Of a stretch of 64,000 nt of DNA, positions 45,028-56,800 are shown one piece after another; the first letter of the stretch is position 1; every line of letters starts with the position of its first letter. The translations under genes and the position numbers were made by a program. Location of the stretch: positions 65 to 64,064 of the forward strand of contig JALSIC010000026.1 in assembly GCA_026981935.1 (NCBI GenBank). The letters run 5' to 3'. This stretch comes from Gammaproteobacteria bacterium (GTDB lineage: Bacteria > Pseudomonadota > Gammaproteobacteria > SZUA-140). The notes under the pieces are model-generated. The model had not been told where the DNA came from and did no database searches. It saw nothing but the letters and a program-made list of their open reading frames with translations.

Positions 45028-46359
45028 ATGACAAAAAACGACACCGCGCTACTGCATCCCAAGGACAAGCACCGGCCCTCCAACGGCCTCGGCAGCGCCC
45101 GCCAGATCGTCCGCCTCATCCTGGCGGATTACCAGGGGCCGGTCGCCGTGCGCCTGTGGAACGGCGAGCGGGTATTCGGTGACGACCGTGCCCGTTGCAC
45201 CCTGGTATTCAGGCACCCCGCGCCCTTTCGCCACCTGATCCTGCATCAGGACATCGTCCGCCTCGGCGAGGCCTATCTCGCAGGCGACCTGGACTGGGAG
45301 GGTGACATGGAGGCCCTGTTCGACCTGGTTGAGTACCTGCGTACCTACCGGCCGGGCTGGTCGGACAAGCTCCGCGTGCTGGGACTCGCCGTGCGCCTGC
45401 CCCAGCATGGCCACGAAGACGGCCTTGACGGCCTGCGGGCCTCGCGTGCGATGCACAACAACTCCCAGGCCAGTATCGCCCGTCACTACGACGTCAGCAA
45501 CGATTTCTACCGGCTCTGGCTCGATGCCAGGATGGTCTATTCCTGCGCGTATTTCCGGGACCGCGACCAGGCGCTGGATCAGGCCCAGGCAGACAAGCTG
45601 GACTACATCTGCCGCAAGCTGCGCCTGGCGCCGGGTCAGCGCTTCCTGGACATCGGCTGCGGCTGGGGCGCGTTGGTCACCTGGGCGGCCCGGCACTATG
45701 GCGTCCAGGCCCATGGCATCACCCTGAGCAAGGAACAGTATGAATACGCGCGTGAAAAGGTCCGGGAAATGGACCTGGAAAAACAGGTGACCATCGAGCT
45801 GCGCGATTACCGGGAACTCGCCGGCGAGGCCCTGTACGACCGCATTGCCAGCGTGGGGATGTTCGAACACGTGGGCATCGACCGCTTTCCGGTCTATTTC
45901 GGCACCGTGCGCCGGGTGCTCAAACCCGGCGGCCTGTTCCTCAATCACGGTATCACCAACGATACCGGCTGGCGTGAAACCCCCATCTCGGCATTCGTCA
46001 ACCGCTATGTCTTCCCCGATGGCGAACTGACCAACATCAGCGCCGTCTGTGAGGCCATGGAACAGGCGGGTTTCGAAATCATCGACGTGGAAGGGCTGCG
46101 CCGCCACTACGCCCTCACCCTGCGCCGCTGGATAGAGAGACTGCGCGCACGCAAGGAACAGGCCGTGGCCCTGGTGGGTGAACCCGTCTACCGCCTGTGG
46201 TACCTCTACATGTCCGGCTCGGCCTATTATTTCGAGCAGGGCAGTCTCGGCATCTACCAGGTCCTGGCCGGGCACCGCTACTGCGCGCCGCCCCTGCCCC
46301 TGCGCCGTGATTTTCTCTACACGACCACGGCCAAGGGCACGGCAAAGGGCACGGAATAA
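45028..46359 (+). CDS. cfa: Cyclopropane-fatty-acyl-phospholipid synthase family SAM methyltransferase
   Basis: HYDVSN, YSCAYF, LDIGCGWG, SVGMFEHVG, YVFPDG. Confidence 0.85.
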   Translation: MTKNDTALLHPKDKHRPSNGLGSARQIVRLILADYQGPVAVRLWNGERVFGDDRARCTLVFRHPAPFRHLILHQDIVRLGEAYLAGDLDWEGDMEALFDLVEYLRTYRPGWSDKLRVLGLAVRLPQHGHEDGLDGLRASRAMHNNSQASIARHYDVSNDFYRLWLDARMVYSCAYFRDRDQALDQAQADKLDYICRKLRLAPGQRFLDIGCGWGALVTWAARHYGVQAHGITLSKEQYEYAREKVREMDLEKQVTIELRDYRELAGEALYDRIASVGMFEHVGIDRFPVYFGTVRRVLKPGGLFLNHGITNDTGWRETPISAFVNRYVFPDGELTNISAVCEAMEQAGFEIIDVEGLRRHYALTLRRWIERLRARKEQAVALVGEPVYRLWYLYMSGSAYYFEQGSLGIYQVLAGHRYCAPPLPLRRDFLYTTTAKGTAKGTE

Positions 46360-46539
46360 GGGCCTTGCCGCCCCCCCAAAGCGGGATGGCCATGAACACC
46401 CTTCGCGCGGTGGGCGCGCCTGCGCCCGCTCTTGTGCAGGCGCCCCCGGCCTTACCGGGCGGCAAGACTCTCATGGGCAAAAAACTGTCAATGGCGCTGC
46501 GCTTGTGGTAGAAACTTCTTCTCGATATCTCACCAAACC

Positions 46540-47901
46540 ATGGCGACTGCTTCACACTACGACCTTCTCGTGCTCGGCGGCGGCAGCGGCGGGCTGGCCA
46601 TGGCACGCCGAGCCGCGGGACACGGCGCGCGCTGTGCCCTCATCGAGGCGGACAAGCTGGGCGGCACCTGCGTCCACCGCGGCTGCATCCCCAAGAAACT
46701 CTTCTGGTATGCCGCCCAGATCGCCCATGCCCTGGACATGGCGCCGGATTACGCTTTTGCCCTCGATCTCCCTTCCAGGCCCTTCGACTGGCCGCGCTTC
46801 AAGGTGGCCCGGGACGCCTATCTCAAGCGGCTCAATCAACTCTACGAAACAGGCCTCGAAGACAGCCACGTGACCCTGATCCGCGGCCATGGCCGGTTCG
46901 TGGACGAGCATACCCTGGAAGTGGAAGGCCGCCGCTACCAGGCCGATCACATCGTCATCGCCACCGGCAGCCGCCCGGTTGTCCCGACACTGCCCGGCGC
47001 CCGTTATGGCATCACCTCCGACGGCTTCTTCGGCCTGTTCACCCAGCCCCGGCGGGCAGCCATCGTGGGTTCGGGCTATATCGCCACCGAGCACGCCGCC
47101 CTGCTCCATGCCCTGGGCAGCGAGGTCACCCTGCTCATCCGTCGGGAGTGGTTCCTCAACGCCTTCGACGAAATGATCCGCAATGCCCTCATGGAAGAAA
47201 TGGAACGGCAGGGCATCCAGATCATGAGTAACGTCATGGTGGCCGGCATTGCCCGCGATGCCGAGGGCCAGCTGGAGATAACGACCACCAGTGGACAGCG
47301 CATCGCGGGCTTCGACTGCCTGCTGTGGGCGGTAGGCCGTGCACCCAACACCGATCATCTGGAGCTCGCGGCCGCCGGCGTACACCGGGACAGGGACGGC
47401 TTCGTTCCCACCGACGACTTCCAGAACACCAATGTCCCGGGCATCTATGCCGTGGGTGACGTCACCGGCCGGGCCGCACTGACACCCGTGGCCATCGCCG
47501 CCGGCCGCCGGCTCGCAGACCGCCTCTTCGGCGGCGAAGCGGGGAGCCATCTGGATTACGGCCTCATTCCCACGGTCATTTTCGCCCACCCCCCCGCCGC
47601 CAGCGCGGGCCTCACGGAAGATGCCGCCAGGTCCCGGCATGGCAGCGCGGTAAAGATCTATCAGACCCGCTTCGTTCCCCTGCAACAGGCCTTCGCCCAG
47701 GTGAAATCACGCTGTACCATGAAGCTGGTCACCGTGGGCACGGAAGAACGGGTCGTGGGTTGTCACATCGTGGGACCCGGGGCGGACGAGATGTTGCAGG
47801 GCTTCGTCGTGGCCATGGGCATGGGGGCATGCAAGCGCGATTTCGACCGGACGCTTGCCATCCATCCCACCGCCGCCGAGGAACTCGTATTGATGCGATA
47901 G
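46540..47901 (+). CDS. gor: Glutathione-disulfide reductase
   Basis: GGGSGG, GGTCVHRGCIPKK, GSGYIA, TPVAIAAGR, HPTAAEE. Confidence 0.9.
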   Translation: MATASHYDLLVLGGGSGGLAMARRAAGHGARCALIEADKLGGTCVHRGCIPKKLFWYAAQIAHALDMAPDYAFALDLPSRPFDWPRFKVARDAYLKRLNQLYETGLEDSHVTLIRGHGRFVDEHTLEVEGRRYQADHIVIATGSRPVVPTLPGARYGITSDGFFGLFTQPRRAAIVGSGYIATEHAALLHALGSEVTLLIRREWFLNAFDEMIRNALMEEMERQGIQIMSNVMVAGIARDAEGQLEITTTSGQRIAGFDCLLWAVGRAPNTDHLELAAAGVHRDRDGFVPTDDFQNTNVPGIYAVGDVTGRAALTPVAIAAGRRLADRLFGGEAGSHLDYGLIPTVIFAHPPAASAGLTEDAARSRHGSAVKIYQTRFVPLQQAFAQVKSRCTMKLVTVGTEERVVGCHIVGPGADEMLQGFVVAMGMGACKRDFDRTLAIHPTAAEELVLMR

Positions 47902-47911
47902 GAGTCATGAT

Positions 47912-48445
47912 ATGACGATTCGAAGTTTCGACGGAATCAGCCCCACCATCGACCCTTCCGCCTATGTGGACGATACCGCCCTGGTGGTCGGCGACGTCAC
48001 CATCGCCGAAGACGCCTCCCTGTGGCCCATGACGGTGGCACGGGGAGACGTGCACCGCATCACCATCGGCGCACGCACCAACATCCAGGACGGCAGCGTG
48101 CTGCATGTCACCCAGGACAATGCCTTCACGCCCGGTGGTTTCGCCCTCACCATCGGTGCCGATGTCACGGTGGGACACGGCGCCATCCTCCATGCCTGCA
48201 CCATCGAGGACCTGGTGCTGGTGGGCATGGGTGCCACCGTGCTCGATGGCGCCGTGGTACGCAGCCGCGCCATGATCGGTGCAGGCGCCCTGGTACCGCC
48301 GGGCAAGGAACTGGAAGGAGGCTATCTCTATCTGGGCAGCCCCGTCAGGCAGGCGCGCCGCCTGACGGAGAAGGAACTGGACTACCTGGCGTTTTCATCC
48401 CGCCACTATGTGGCCTTGAAGAACCGCCACCAGCTGCAAAGATAA
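47912..48445 (+). CDS. Gamma-class carbonic anhydrase family protein (YrdA-like)
   Basis: RGDV, NIQDG..LH, TVGH..LH hexapeptide repeats. Confidence 0.92.
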   Translation: MTIRSFDGISPTIDPSAYVDDTALVVGDVTIAEDASLWPMTVARGDVHRITIGARTNIQDGSVLHVTQDNAFTPGGFALTIGADVTVGHGAILHACTIEDLVLVGMGATVLDGAVVRSRAMIGAGALVPPGKELEGGYLYLGSPVRQARRLTEKELDYLAFSSRHYVALKNRHQLQR

Positions 48446-48450
48446 AGCCC

Positions 48451-49887
48451 TCAGTGCCGCTCCACATGCGGTGAGCCCGCGGCAGCCGGACCCCCGGACG
48501 ACGCACCGTCTTGTGCCATGGCCCCGTCCATCTCCGCTTCCAGGGCTGCGGCCAGGCCGTCCGCCAGCTCGGCGGGGGAAGGACTGCCAGCTGCCTTCAT
48601 GCGCTCGACGGCCTTCTCGTGGTCAGGATGCAGGGCCACCGCGCCGCCCAGCAACTGGCGGAAGATCTTGCCGGGACGGGTGAAGGCATGCTCCACGTCC
48701 GACAAGGAGGAAAGAGCACCCTTCATTTCCCTCATCAGTCCCGACAGGGTATCCAGCGCCCGCGTCAGGGTCATGTCGTCGCCAGCCGCTGCCTGGGACA
48801 CCTCACCGGCAGCACCGGCACCCGGCGCCTCAGGCATCGGGGCCGGCGTGTCTGCAGCCTGGACAGGCTGGACTGGCAGGGCCGCCACTTCCTGGTAGCT
48901 GGCGCTGGCCTGGCGCGCCACCGCAAGCTCCATGTCGAGACTGAAAGAAGCCAGTTCTTCACTGTCGAAACCCATTTCCATGGCCTTGGCAAAGGCCTGC
49001 TGCATGCCTTGTTCGAAAAAGCGGTCGGCCAGTTTGTCCACCTTTTTCATCAGGTCCTGAATGGCCTCGATCTCGTCTTCATCCAGCTCGCCGTTGACCG
49101 TGAGACTGAAATTGGCGCTGGCATAGACATTGCGCGCAACGGAAACGGAGACCGCCCCTTCGTCCACCTTGACCAGGGCATTCTGTTCGAAGCCCCGTTC
49201 GCTGGACAATGTCAGGGTCACCGTATCACCGTCCCGTGTCGTGATCTCCAGCTCAATGCGCTGTGACCGGCTGGCCGACAGCGCCACGGCCTGCTCGAAG
49301 GAAACGGGCGCAGGCTGCGGCGCATACTGCGCTTCCAGTTCCGCCAGTCCCGCCTCCAGGCTGGCCTGCGTCTCGTCCACCTGGCTCATGAGAGCGCCTT
49401 CTCCCACGCCCATGCCCGCCAGCACGTCCCGGGCACCGGCCACGCCCTGGCGCACGCCTTCGCGGGCCTGTGCCAGCAGGGCGCGCAATTCCTCCGCGCC
49501 GGCGCCCTGGCGCTGTGCCGACTGCAGGGTCTGCGCCACGGCATCGAGCACGCGCTTCGCCGCCGAGTAAGATGCGGCCGAAGAGACATCCGACGGGGCA
49601 TCGGGAGGTGTCTTCGACTGCACCGCTTGCGAGCCGGGCGGGCGGGTCTCGCCCAGCACGGGCTTGAGCGCCGTCATGACCTCGTGGCGGGTCACCTGCG
49701 CCGCCGCATCGGGCCGGGACAGCCAGTCCGGCGCGCCCGCGCCCTTGGCCGCAGACGGCACAGCGGCTTCGCCCCTGCTGTCACGAACCGTGATGAAGCT
49801 CTGAAAACGCTGAAAAAACGCCGAGCTGGCCGAAAACTCACGGTTCCAGCCCATACCCCCCATGCCCAATGAAAAACCCGTATTCAT
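48451..49887 (-). CDS. Acidic conserved hypothetical protein (DUF5610-like)
   Basis: ITTRDGDTVTL and VNGELDEDE..KLADRFF segments resemble DUF5610-associated proteins; GGAAGG RBS. Confidence 0.65.
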   Translation of the reverse strand: MNTGFSLGMGGMGWNREFSASSAFFQRFQSFITVRDSRGEAAVPSAAKGAGAPDWLSRPDAAAQVTRHEVMTALKPVLGETRPPGSQAVQSKTPPDAPSDVSSAASYSAAKRVLDAVAQTLQSAQRQGAGAEELRALLAQAREGVRQGVAGARDVLAGMGVGEGALMSQVDETQASLEAGLAELEAQYAPQPAPVSFEQAVALSASRSQRIELEITTRDGDTVTLTLSSERGFEQNALVKVDEGAVSVSVARNVYASANFSLTVNGELDEDEIEAIQDLMKKVDKLADRFFEQGMQQAFAKAMEMGFDSEELASFSLDMELAVARQASASYQEVAALPVQPVQAADTPAPMPEAPGAGAAGEVSQAAAGDDMTLTRALDTLSGLMREMKGALSSLSDVEHAFTRPGKIFRQLLGGAVALHPDHEKAVERMKAAGSPSPAELADGLAAALEAEMDGAMAQDGASSGGPAAAGSPHVERH

Positions 49888-50027
49888 GGTGCCTTCCCCC
49901 TTTTCTTGCCGTGCCTGAGGCCTGCCTCCTCTGCACTGGCAGTGGAAATCAAAGGGGTTGTCGGAGATCTGAAAGAAATCTTTAACAGGATAATTTTGCG
50001 GCACCGCGCCCTGGCGGTCATTTCCTG

Positions 50028-51377
50028 TCAGAGGGTGACTTCCAGTCCCGTATTGATCACCAGACTCCGGGGCAAGGTGGTTCCATCGATGGAAACCGTC
50101 TCGGTCCCCATGGCGACGTCGAGCGTCCAGACCTTGAACAAGGTGAGGCCCGCCGTGACGTAACTGAGTTCGCTGCCGGCCAGGTTGGCGCGATAGCCCA
50201 GGCGCAGGCCGGGGATCAGCCAGCCGCTTCCCGCATAGGCGGCGCTCAGGGAGCCCCACTGATATTCATCACCGAGGGCATCCCGGATCGCATTGGCATC
50301 GAGCGCGGCATTGAACAGCCATTTGCCATCCTCCGTAAAAAGGGAAGCCTCCAGTTTCAACCGGCGTTCCATGACGTAGGCCTCCCGGGCCGCCAGCGTC
50401 CTCGCAATGGCGCCCGCGGGATCGAGATAGGCACTGACATCGAGACGGTCATATTCGAATTCAGGTTCGTTGAGGTTTTCCAGCGCAGCCCCCACCTGAT
50501 AACGTTCACCGCGCCACAACAGACCGAGATCGGCACCGATATCTTCACTCCAGTTGAATTCGGCGTCCTTGATGTCCTGGAAGATGTCTTGGGCATCACG
50601 TACATTGCCCAGCCGGGTGGCCACCCGCGTCAGCCCCACTCGGTAATACCTGAGGCGCAACCCGGCATAGAGATCACCTTGTTCCTGTGACCATATGCCC
50701 CTGCTGTAACCCAGGGCAAGCTCGATCACCGCCGCGCCCTTGGTCAACAGGGTGCTGTCATTGTCCACCTTGAAGGAAGCCGATGGTATATCGATGGTGA
50801 CATCGCCAATGGTCTGCACGGGGAGAAAGGGATCGAAGGCACCGGCGTCGAATTCAACTTTCTCGACAAGGCCGACAGCCTTGGAAGTGGCGGATGCATT
50901 GACATCCACCACGAGGGTGCCGCCCAGACCGCGATGAGCCACCACGACGGGCATCACCGGCGCTTCCATGGAGGCAAATGCCTTGCCATAGCCCTTGTCC
51001 TGGATCTCGGCGAGGACACCATTGAGCCTGTCCACCTGGCGATTCACGCTCCCGGGAATGTCGGCCAGATCGAGAATGGCCAGGCCGCTGTTCTGAAAGG
51101 CGCGCGCCTGTTCATCTATGGTGTCAAACAGGTCGTCCACGGCGCCATATTCCACGCCCAGGCCCATGGCGCTGAGAATGCCGAAGCGGTAGCGGTTTCC
51201 CTCCTGGCGGTCCAGCGCCACGGCGCCGGCTGCGGGATTGGTCACATCCGAAAGAACGCTCAGGCCGTTGCTGACCTCGCCATAGGTCAGATTGGGCCCG
51301 TAGGGATGATAGGGCGGTGCCGCAAGAACCATGCAAGTTGTCAGTATCAGTGCTGCCGCGAGGAACAAAGGTTTCAT
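50028..51377 (-). CDS. TraF-like (TraF_2) outer-membrane beta-barrel protein
   Basis: Signal peptide, NPAA, DLGL, NLNEPEF, LRLGYRANL; amphipathic beta strands; GGAGG RBS. Confidence 0.7.
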   Translation of the reverse strand: MKPLFLAAALILTTCMVLAAPPYHPYGPNLTYGEVSNGLSVLSDVTNPAAGAVALDRQEGNRYRFGILSAMGLGVEYGAVDDLFDTIDEQARAFQNSGLAILDLADIPGSVNRQVDRLNGVLAEIQDKGYGKAFASMEAPVMPVVVAHRGLGGTLVVDVNASATSKAVGLVEKVEFDAGAFDPFLPVQTIGDVTIDIPSASFKVDNDSTLLTKGAAVIELALGYSRGIWSQEQGDLYAGLRLRYYRVGLTRVATRLGNVRDAQDIFQDIKDAEFNWSEDIGADLGLLWRGERYQVGAALENLNEPEFEYDRLDVSAYLDPAGAIARTLAAREAYVMERRLKLEASLFTEDGKWLFNAALDANAIRDALGDEYQWGSLSAAYAGSGWLIPGLRLGYRANLAGSELSYVTAGLTLFKVWTLDVAMGTETVSIDGTTLPRSLVINTGLEVTL

Positions 51378-51686
51378 ATGAGCCTCCCCGAAATTATTCT
51401 TCTCTGAAAATCCCGGATTACCAGGCCGGTCGATACATTGTTGCCGGGTTGATACCATTGCCCATGTTACAATACCCCTTTTGGACAATCACTGCTCTGC
51501 ATGAACCCCCGTTTTTCCCTCTTGATGACTGCAACCCTCGTGCAGCTCGGAAAAGGCGTCACTCATCCCGGTCCCGCCACGTTTCATACGGGCCATGCAT
51601 TCAGATAACCCTCAATGATCAGTGCCCTGTCTTTCTCCCTTCTTTGCTATTACCACAACACCTCTTTGTCGTTTCCATCACACGCC

Positions 51687-51967
51687 CTTGTCATCCCGGC
51701 CGAAGGGAACAGGCCTGCCCCCCTGCCTCCAGATTTCTCGCTGCGCTCGAAATGACAAGGGTAGTGTCATTCCACTCCCTTGTCATTTCTGTCGCAGGAA
51801 GAAATCTCGTGTCGGCGGCTTCAGATTCCTCGCTGTGCCCGGAATGACAAAGAAGCGTTTCAACCTCACACCCCTGCCACTCCCACTACACCTCCCTGTC
51901 ATTTCGACCGAAGGGAGAAATCCTGCCCCACTGCCAGCGGATTGCTCGCCGCGCTTCATCGGGCCAC
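51687..51967. repeat. Cluster of three GTCAT..ATGAC palindromic elements plus a partial GTAG-type arm
   Basis: 51687-51759, 51781-51849, 51897-51923; arms are reverse complements of those at 37914-37981; CTTCATCGGGCCAC ends at 51967. Confidence 0.8.
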
Positions 51968-51972
51968 GCCTG

Positions 51973-52821
51973 TCAGGTATCGGGGTGATTCTCAACAGGC
52001 CAGTCATGCAGGTATTTGTGGAAAAACGCCTCCAGGCCTTTTGTGTAGATCCCAAGTGAAGTGAGATAGCCCTGGTAATGATTGCCGCTGATTTCCAGGA
52101 ATGACTTGGGTGGCGGCGCAGCCGCAAACAGCTGTTCGCCGTGGGAGAAGGGAATGACCTCGTCTTCCCGGCTGTGGATCACCAGTACCGGGCAGCGGGC
52201 CTGGCGCACGAATTCCAGCACGGGGTAGCGGTAGCGCGCCAGGAGGCGCACGGGGAGAAAAGGATGGTGTACCGCCGCCGCATCGGGCAGGGAGGTGAAA
52301 GTGGATTCCAGCACCAGGGCGCCCGGCGGGTGCCGGGCCGCCACGGCTGCGGCGATGGCCGCACCCAGGGACCGGCCCAGCAGGACGATGCGCCGGGGCG
52401 GGATGCCGCGTGCCTCCACCAGATATGTCCAGGCCGCCTCGCCGTCCCGGTAGGTGCCCTCTTCGTCGGGCTCGCCTTCGCTCTCGCCATAGCCCCGGTA
52501 GTCGAAAAGAAACACGGACAGGCCCAGGCCATGAAACATCTCGATGGTCTCCATACGATCCGAGATGTTGCCGCGGTTGCCATGGAAGAAACACAGGACG
52601 TGAAGGGCGCCCGGGCAAGGCACGAACCAGCCCCTCAGACGCACCCCGTCCACCGTGGTCAGCGTGACGGATTCGTAGGACAGGCCATGCTCGGCTGGTG
52701 TGGTGACCATGTCGCGCCGCGGGAGATAGACCCGCCGCGACTGGTTGCGGTAGACATGCCACAGTGCGCCTGCATAGGCGACGAGGGCGATGGCAAAAAG
52801 GGAAGAAAACAATACAAGCAA
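51973..52821 (-). CDS. Membrane-anchored alpha/beta hydrolase
   Basis: FHGN, DYRGYG, GRSLG nucleophile, HSRED, GNH. Confidence 0.9.
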   Translation of the reverse strand: MLVLFSSLFAIALVAYAGALWHVYRNQSRRVYLPRRDMVTTPAEHGLSYESVTLTTVDGVRLRGWFVPCPGALHVLCFFHGNRGNISDRMETIEMFHGLGLSVFLFDYRGYGESEGEPDEEGTYRDGEAAWTYLVEARGIPPRRIVLLGRSLGAAIAAAVAARHPPGALVLESTFTSLPDAAAVHHPFLPVRLLARYRYPVLEFVRQARCPVLVIHSREDEVIPFSHGEQLFAAAPPPKSFLEISGNHYQGYLTSLGIYTKGLEAFFHKYLHDWPVENHPDT

Positions 52822-52868
52822 AACCGGTCAGCCGTTTTTTCCGTTCAGAGGATGGCGCCTTTCTCACC

Positions 52869-53723
52869 TCAGGCGCGCAAGGTATCCCGTACCAGGGCGA
52901 TCACGGGCGCCGTCTCCGGCCGCACGCCGCGCCAGAGAAAGAAAGACTCGGCAGCCTGTTCCACCAGCATGCCCAAGCCGTCGTGGCACCGGTCGGCCCC
53001 ATGGGTCGTCGCCCACCGCAGAAAGGCCGTGGGCTCGGCGCCATACATCATGTCGTAACACCCCGCGCCCTCTGCCAGGATCGTATCGGGCAGGGGCGGC
53101 ACCGTTCCCTGGAGGCTGGCAGCGGTCCCGTTGATCACCACATCGAAGGTCCGCCCGCCCAGGTCATCGAAACCGCAGCCGCTTACCGGAACATCGCCCG
53201 CAAACGCCGCTGCCAGTTCCTCGGCCCGATGGACCGTGCGGTTGGCGATCACGATACAGGCCGGCCGCTGCGAAAGCAGGGGACCCAGTACGCCGCGCAC
53301 GGCGCCGCCCGCGCCCAGCACCAGCAGGCGGCGCCCGGCAATGACCATGCCCAGGTTCTCCACCAGGTCGCGTACCAGGCCCACGCCGTCGGTATTGTCG
53401 CCGTAGATACTCCCGTCGGGCCGGAACAGAAAGGTGTTCACAGCCCCAGCAGGCTCGGCGCGTTCACTGCGCTCGTCCGCGAGCGCCCAGGCCTCGCGCT
53501 TGAAAGGCACGGTGATGTTGAGCCCCTTGCCACCGCTGGCGCGAAAATTGCCCACCGCCTGGGGGAAACCGCCCTCGTCCACCTGGATGGCCTCGTAGAC
53601 CATGCGCTGCCCAGTCTGGCGGGCAAAGGCGGCATGGATCAGGGGTGACTTGCTGTGGGCGATGGGGTTGCCCATCACGGCGTAACGGTCCGGCGGGGCG
53701 TCGAAATCAAAAATGTCGCTCAT
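52869..53723 (-). CDS. aroE: Shikimate dehydrogenase
   Basis: [36 protein letters not shown]. Confidence 0.97.
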   Translation of the reverse strand: MSDIFDFDAPPDRYAVMGNPIAHSKSPLIHAAFARQTGQRMVYEAIQVDEGGFPQAVGNFRASGGKGLNITVPFKREAWALADERSERAEPAGAVNTFLFRPDGSIYGDNTDGVGLVRDLVENLGMVIAGRRLLVLGAGGAVRGVLGPLLSQRPACIVIANRTVHRAEELAAAFAGDVPVSGCGFDDLGGRTFDVVINGTAASLQGTVPPLPDTILAEGAGCYDMMYGAEPTAFLRWATTHGADRCHDGLGMLVEQAAESFFLWRGVRPETAPVIALVRDTLRA

Positions 53724-53729
53724 GGTGGC

Positions 53730-54989
53730 TCAAACGCTGTAGAACAGGCCCTTGAGTATGAAATAGAACAGGATGGCGAGAAAGGCGCCGGCAGGCAGGG
53801 TCACCACCCAGGACATGAAGATGGTACGGATCACCCGCATGTTGAGGGCCGCAATGCCCCGCGCCATGCCCACGCCCAGCACGGCACCCACCAGGGTGTG
53901 GGTGGTGGAGATGGGCAGGCCCGTGCCCGAGGCCACCACCACCGTGGCCGCCGCCGCCAGGGTGGCGGCGAAACCGCGACTGGGCGTCAGCTCGGTGATG
54001 TTGCTGCCCACCGTGGCGATCACCTTGTGGCCATAGGTCATGAGACCCACCACGATACCCACGCCCCCCAGGATGAGGATCCACACCGCCATGGGAGACT
54101 TCTGGCTCACCACGCCGCCACTCTCCACGATGCTCACCACGGCGGCGATGGGGCCCACGGCATTGGCCACGTCATTGGAGCCATGGGCAAAGGCCATGGC
54201 ACACGCGGTCACCATCATCAGCACCGCGAAGACCTTCTCCACGTTGGCGAAATGGAAGTCCCGGTCCGCTTCCGGATCCATCTGGATGCGACGGATGAAA
54301 ACCTGGCTCACTGCGGCAATGCCCAGTCCGACGAGCAGTGCCAGCAGGTAGCAGGCCAGGGTGCTGAGTTCCAGCCCCAGGTGCTTGAGACCCTTGAGCA
54401 GGGTCACCAGTGCAATGACGAAACCGGTGAGAAAGATGTAGCCGGGCACGAAACGCTTGGCATTGCGAAAGGGCTCGTCGGTATCGATGATGAGGCGCTG
54501 CACGCTCATGAACAGGCCGTAGGCGATGGCGCCCGCAAGCAGCGGAGACACCACCCAGCTCATGACAATGGTGCCCACCTTGCCCCAGTTGACCGCTTCC
54601 ATTCCGATACCCACCGCGGCAAAGCCCACGATGGCCCCCACGATGGAATGGGTAGTGGAAACCGGCCAGCCGAAATAGGAAGCCACCAGCAGCCAGATGC
54701 CCGCCGCCAGCAGGGAGGCCAGCATCCCGTAGACCAGCAGCTCCGGCGTACCCGCCAGGAGCGAGGCATCCACCATACCCTTGCGAATGGTCTCGGTCAC
54801 CTGGCCGCCGGCGAGGAAGGCACCGGCGAATTCGAACACCGCCGCCACGACCACAGCCTGGCGGATGGTCAGCGCCCGTGATCCCACCGAGGTACCCATG
54901 GCGTTGGCCACGTCGTTGGCACCGATACCCCAGGCCATGAAAAAACCGAAGGCACAGGCGAGGATGATGTAGACCGTCCCGAGTTCCAT
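53730..54989 (-). CDS. Inorganic phosphate transporter, PiT family
   Basis: GANDVAN and HGSNDVAN signature repeats, PVSTTH/PISTTH. Confidence 0.95.
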   Translation of the reverse strand: MELGTVYIILACAFGFFMAWGIGANDVANAMGTSVGSRALTIRQAVVVAAVFEFAGAFLAGGQVTETIRKGMVDASLLAGTPELLVYGMLASLLAAGIWLLVASYFGWPVSTTHSIVGAIVGFAAVGIGMEAVNWGKVGTIVMSWVVSPLLAGAIAYGLFMSVQRLIIDTDEPFRNAKRFVPGYIFLTGFVIALVTLLKGLKHLGLELSTLACYLLALLVGLGIAAVSQVFIRRIQMDPEADRDFHFANVEKVFAVLMMVTACAMAFAHGSNDVANAVGPIAAVVSIVESGGVVSQKSPMAVWILILGGVGIVVGLMTYGHKVIATVGSNITELTPSRGFAATLAAAATVVVASGTGLPISTTHTLVGAVLGVGMARGIAALNMRVIRTIFMSWVVTLPAGAFLAILFYFILKGLFYSV

Positions 54990-55010
54990 GCCGGTTCCTT
55001 TGTGCTTGTT

Positions 55011-55685
55011 CTACTTGGCCAGCATGAGCTGCAGCCGGCTGCCCACCCGCTGGGCCAGATCCGCCACGTCCCCCACCCATTCGATGATCTTGTAGAGGAA
55101 CATCACGTCCACGGGGTAAAGATCCTTCTCGATCTCGAACAGCGCGGCGCGCAGCGCCACCTGGAGCACGTCGGTGTCGTTTTCGATCTTGTTGAGGGTC
55201 TTGATGAGCTTCTTCACCAGGCGCACTTCGTTGCCGCGGAAACCGGTCTCCAGCAGCTCGTCGAATTCGTCGATGGCCTTGCGCGCCTGCAACGAGGCAT
55301 CGACGCTGCGCCTGACATATTCCAGGAAACGGGCTGCCAGGGGCTCGGGAATGGTCATGCGCCGCCCCAGCGTGAGGCCGGCGATGTCCTTGGCCTTGTT
55401 GGCCAGTTCGTCCTGGACCGTGAGCAGGTCGAGGAGATCGCGTCGTGAAACCGGCAGGAACACCCCCTTGGGCAGGTGCAGGCGCAATTCCTTCTTGAGC
55501 GCGTCCGCCTCGTGCTCCAGGGCCACGATCTTCTCCTGGATGCGGCGCATGCCCTCCTCGTCGGCAGCGATCACGGCCTCGAAAAAGGGCACCAGCTGGG
55601 CCACGCAGTCCAGCGCCTTGGCCATGTGCTGCTGCAGGGGACGCACCGGCGAACTGCCGAACATGCGATAGAGATAATTGGACAT
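55011..55685 (-). CDS. TIGR00153/DUF47 phosphate transport regulator (PhoU-like)
   Basis: FGSSP..LQQHM, EHEAD, QDELAN, ENDTD; upstream of pit. Confidence 0.9.
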   Translation of the reverse strand: MSNYLYRMFGSSPVRPLQQHMAKALDCVAQLVPFFEAVIAADEEGMRRIQEKIVALEHEADALKKELRLHLPKGVFLPVSRRDLLDLLTVQDELANKAKDIAGLTLGRRMTIPEPLAARFLEYVRRSVDASLQARKAIDEFDELLETGFRGNEVRLVKKLIKTLNKIENDTDVLQVALRAALFEIEKDLYPVDVMFLYKIIEWVGDVADLAQRVGSRLQLMLAK

Positions 55686-55714
55686 GCGTTAAACCGTCCC
55701 GCTGCGCACCGGCT

Positions 55715-56800
<1,086 letters not shown>

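Noticed and set aside
46540..47901. Glutathione amide reductase
   Set aside because: GSGYIA and the Arg-containing LIRR segment fit NADPH-type glutathione reductase better
48451..50259. 602-aa version of the DUF5610-like ORF
   Set aside because: The extension overlaps the traF-like gene; ATG 49887 has an RBS
50028..51377. traF as evidence of a conjugative element
   Set aside because: No relaxase, T4SS, integrase or att sites; flanked by housekeeping genes
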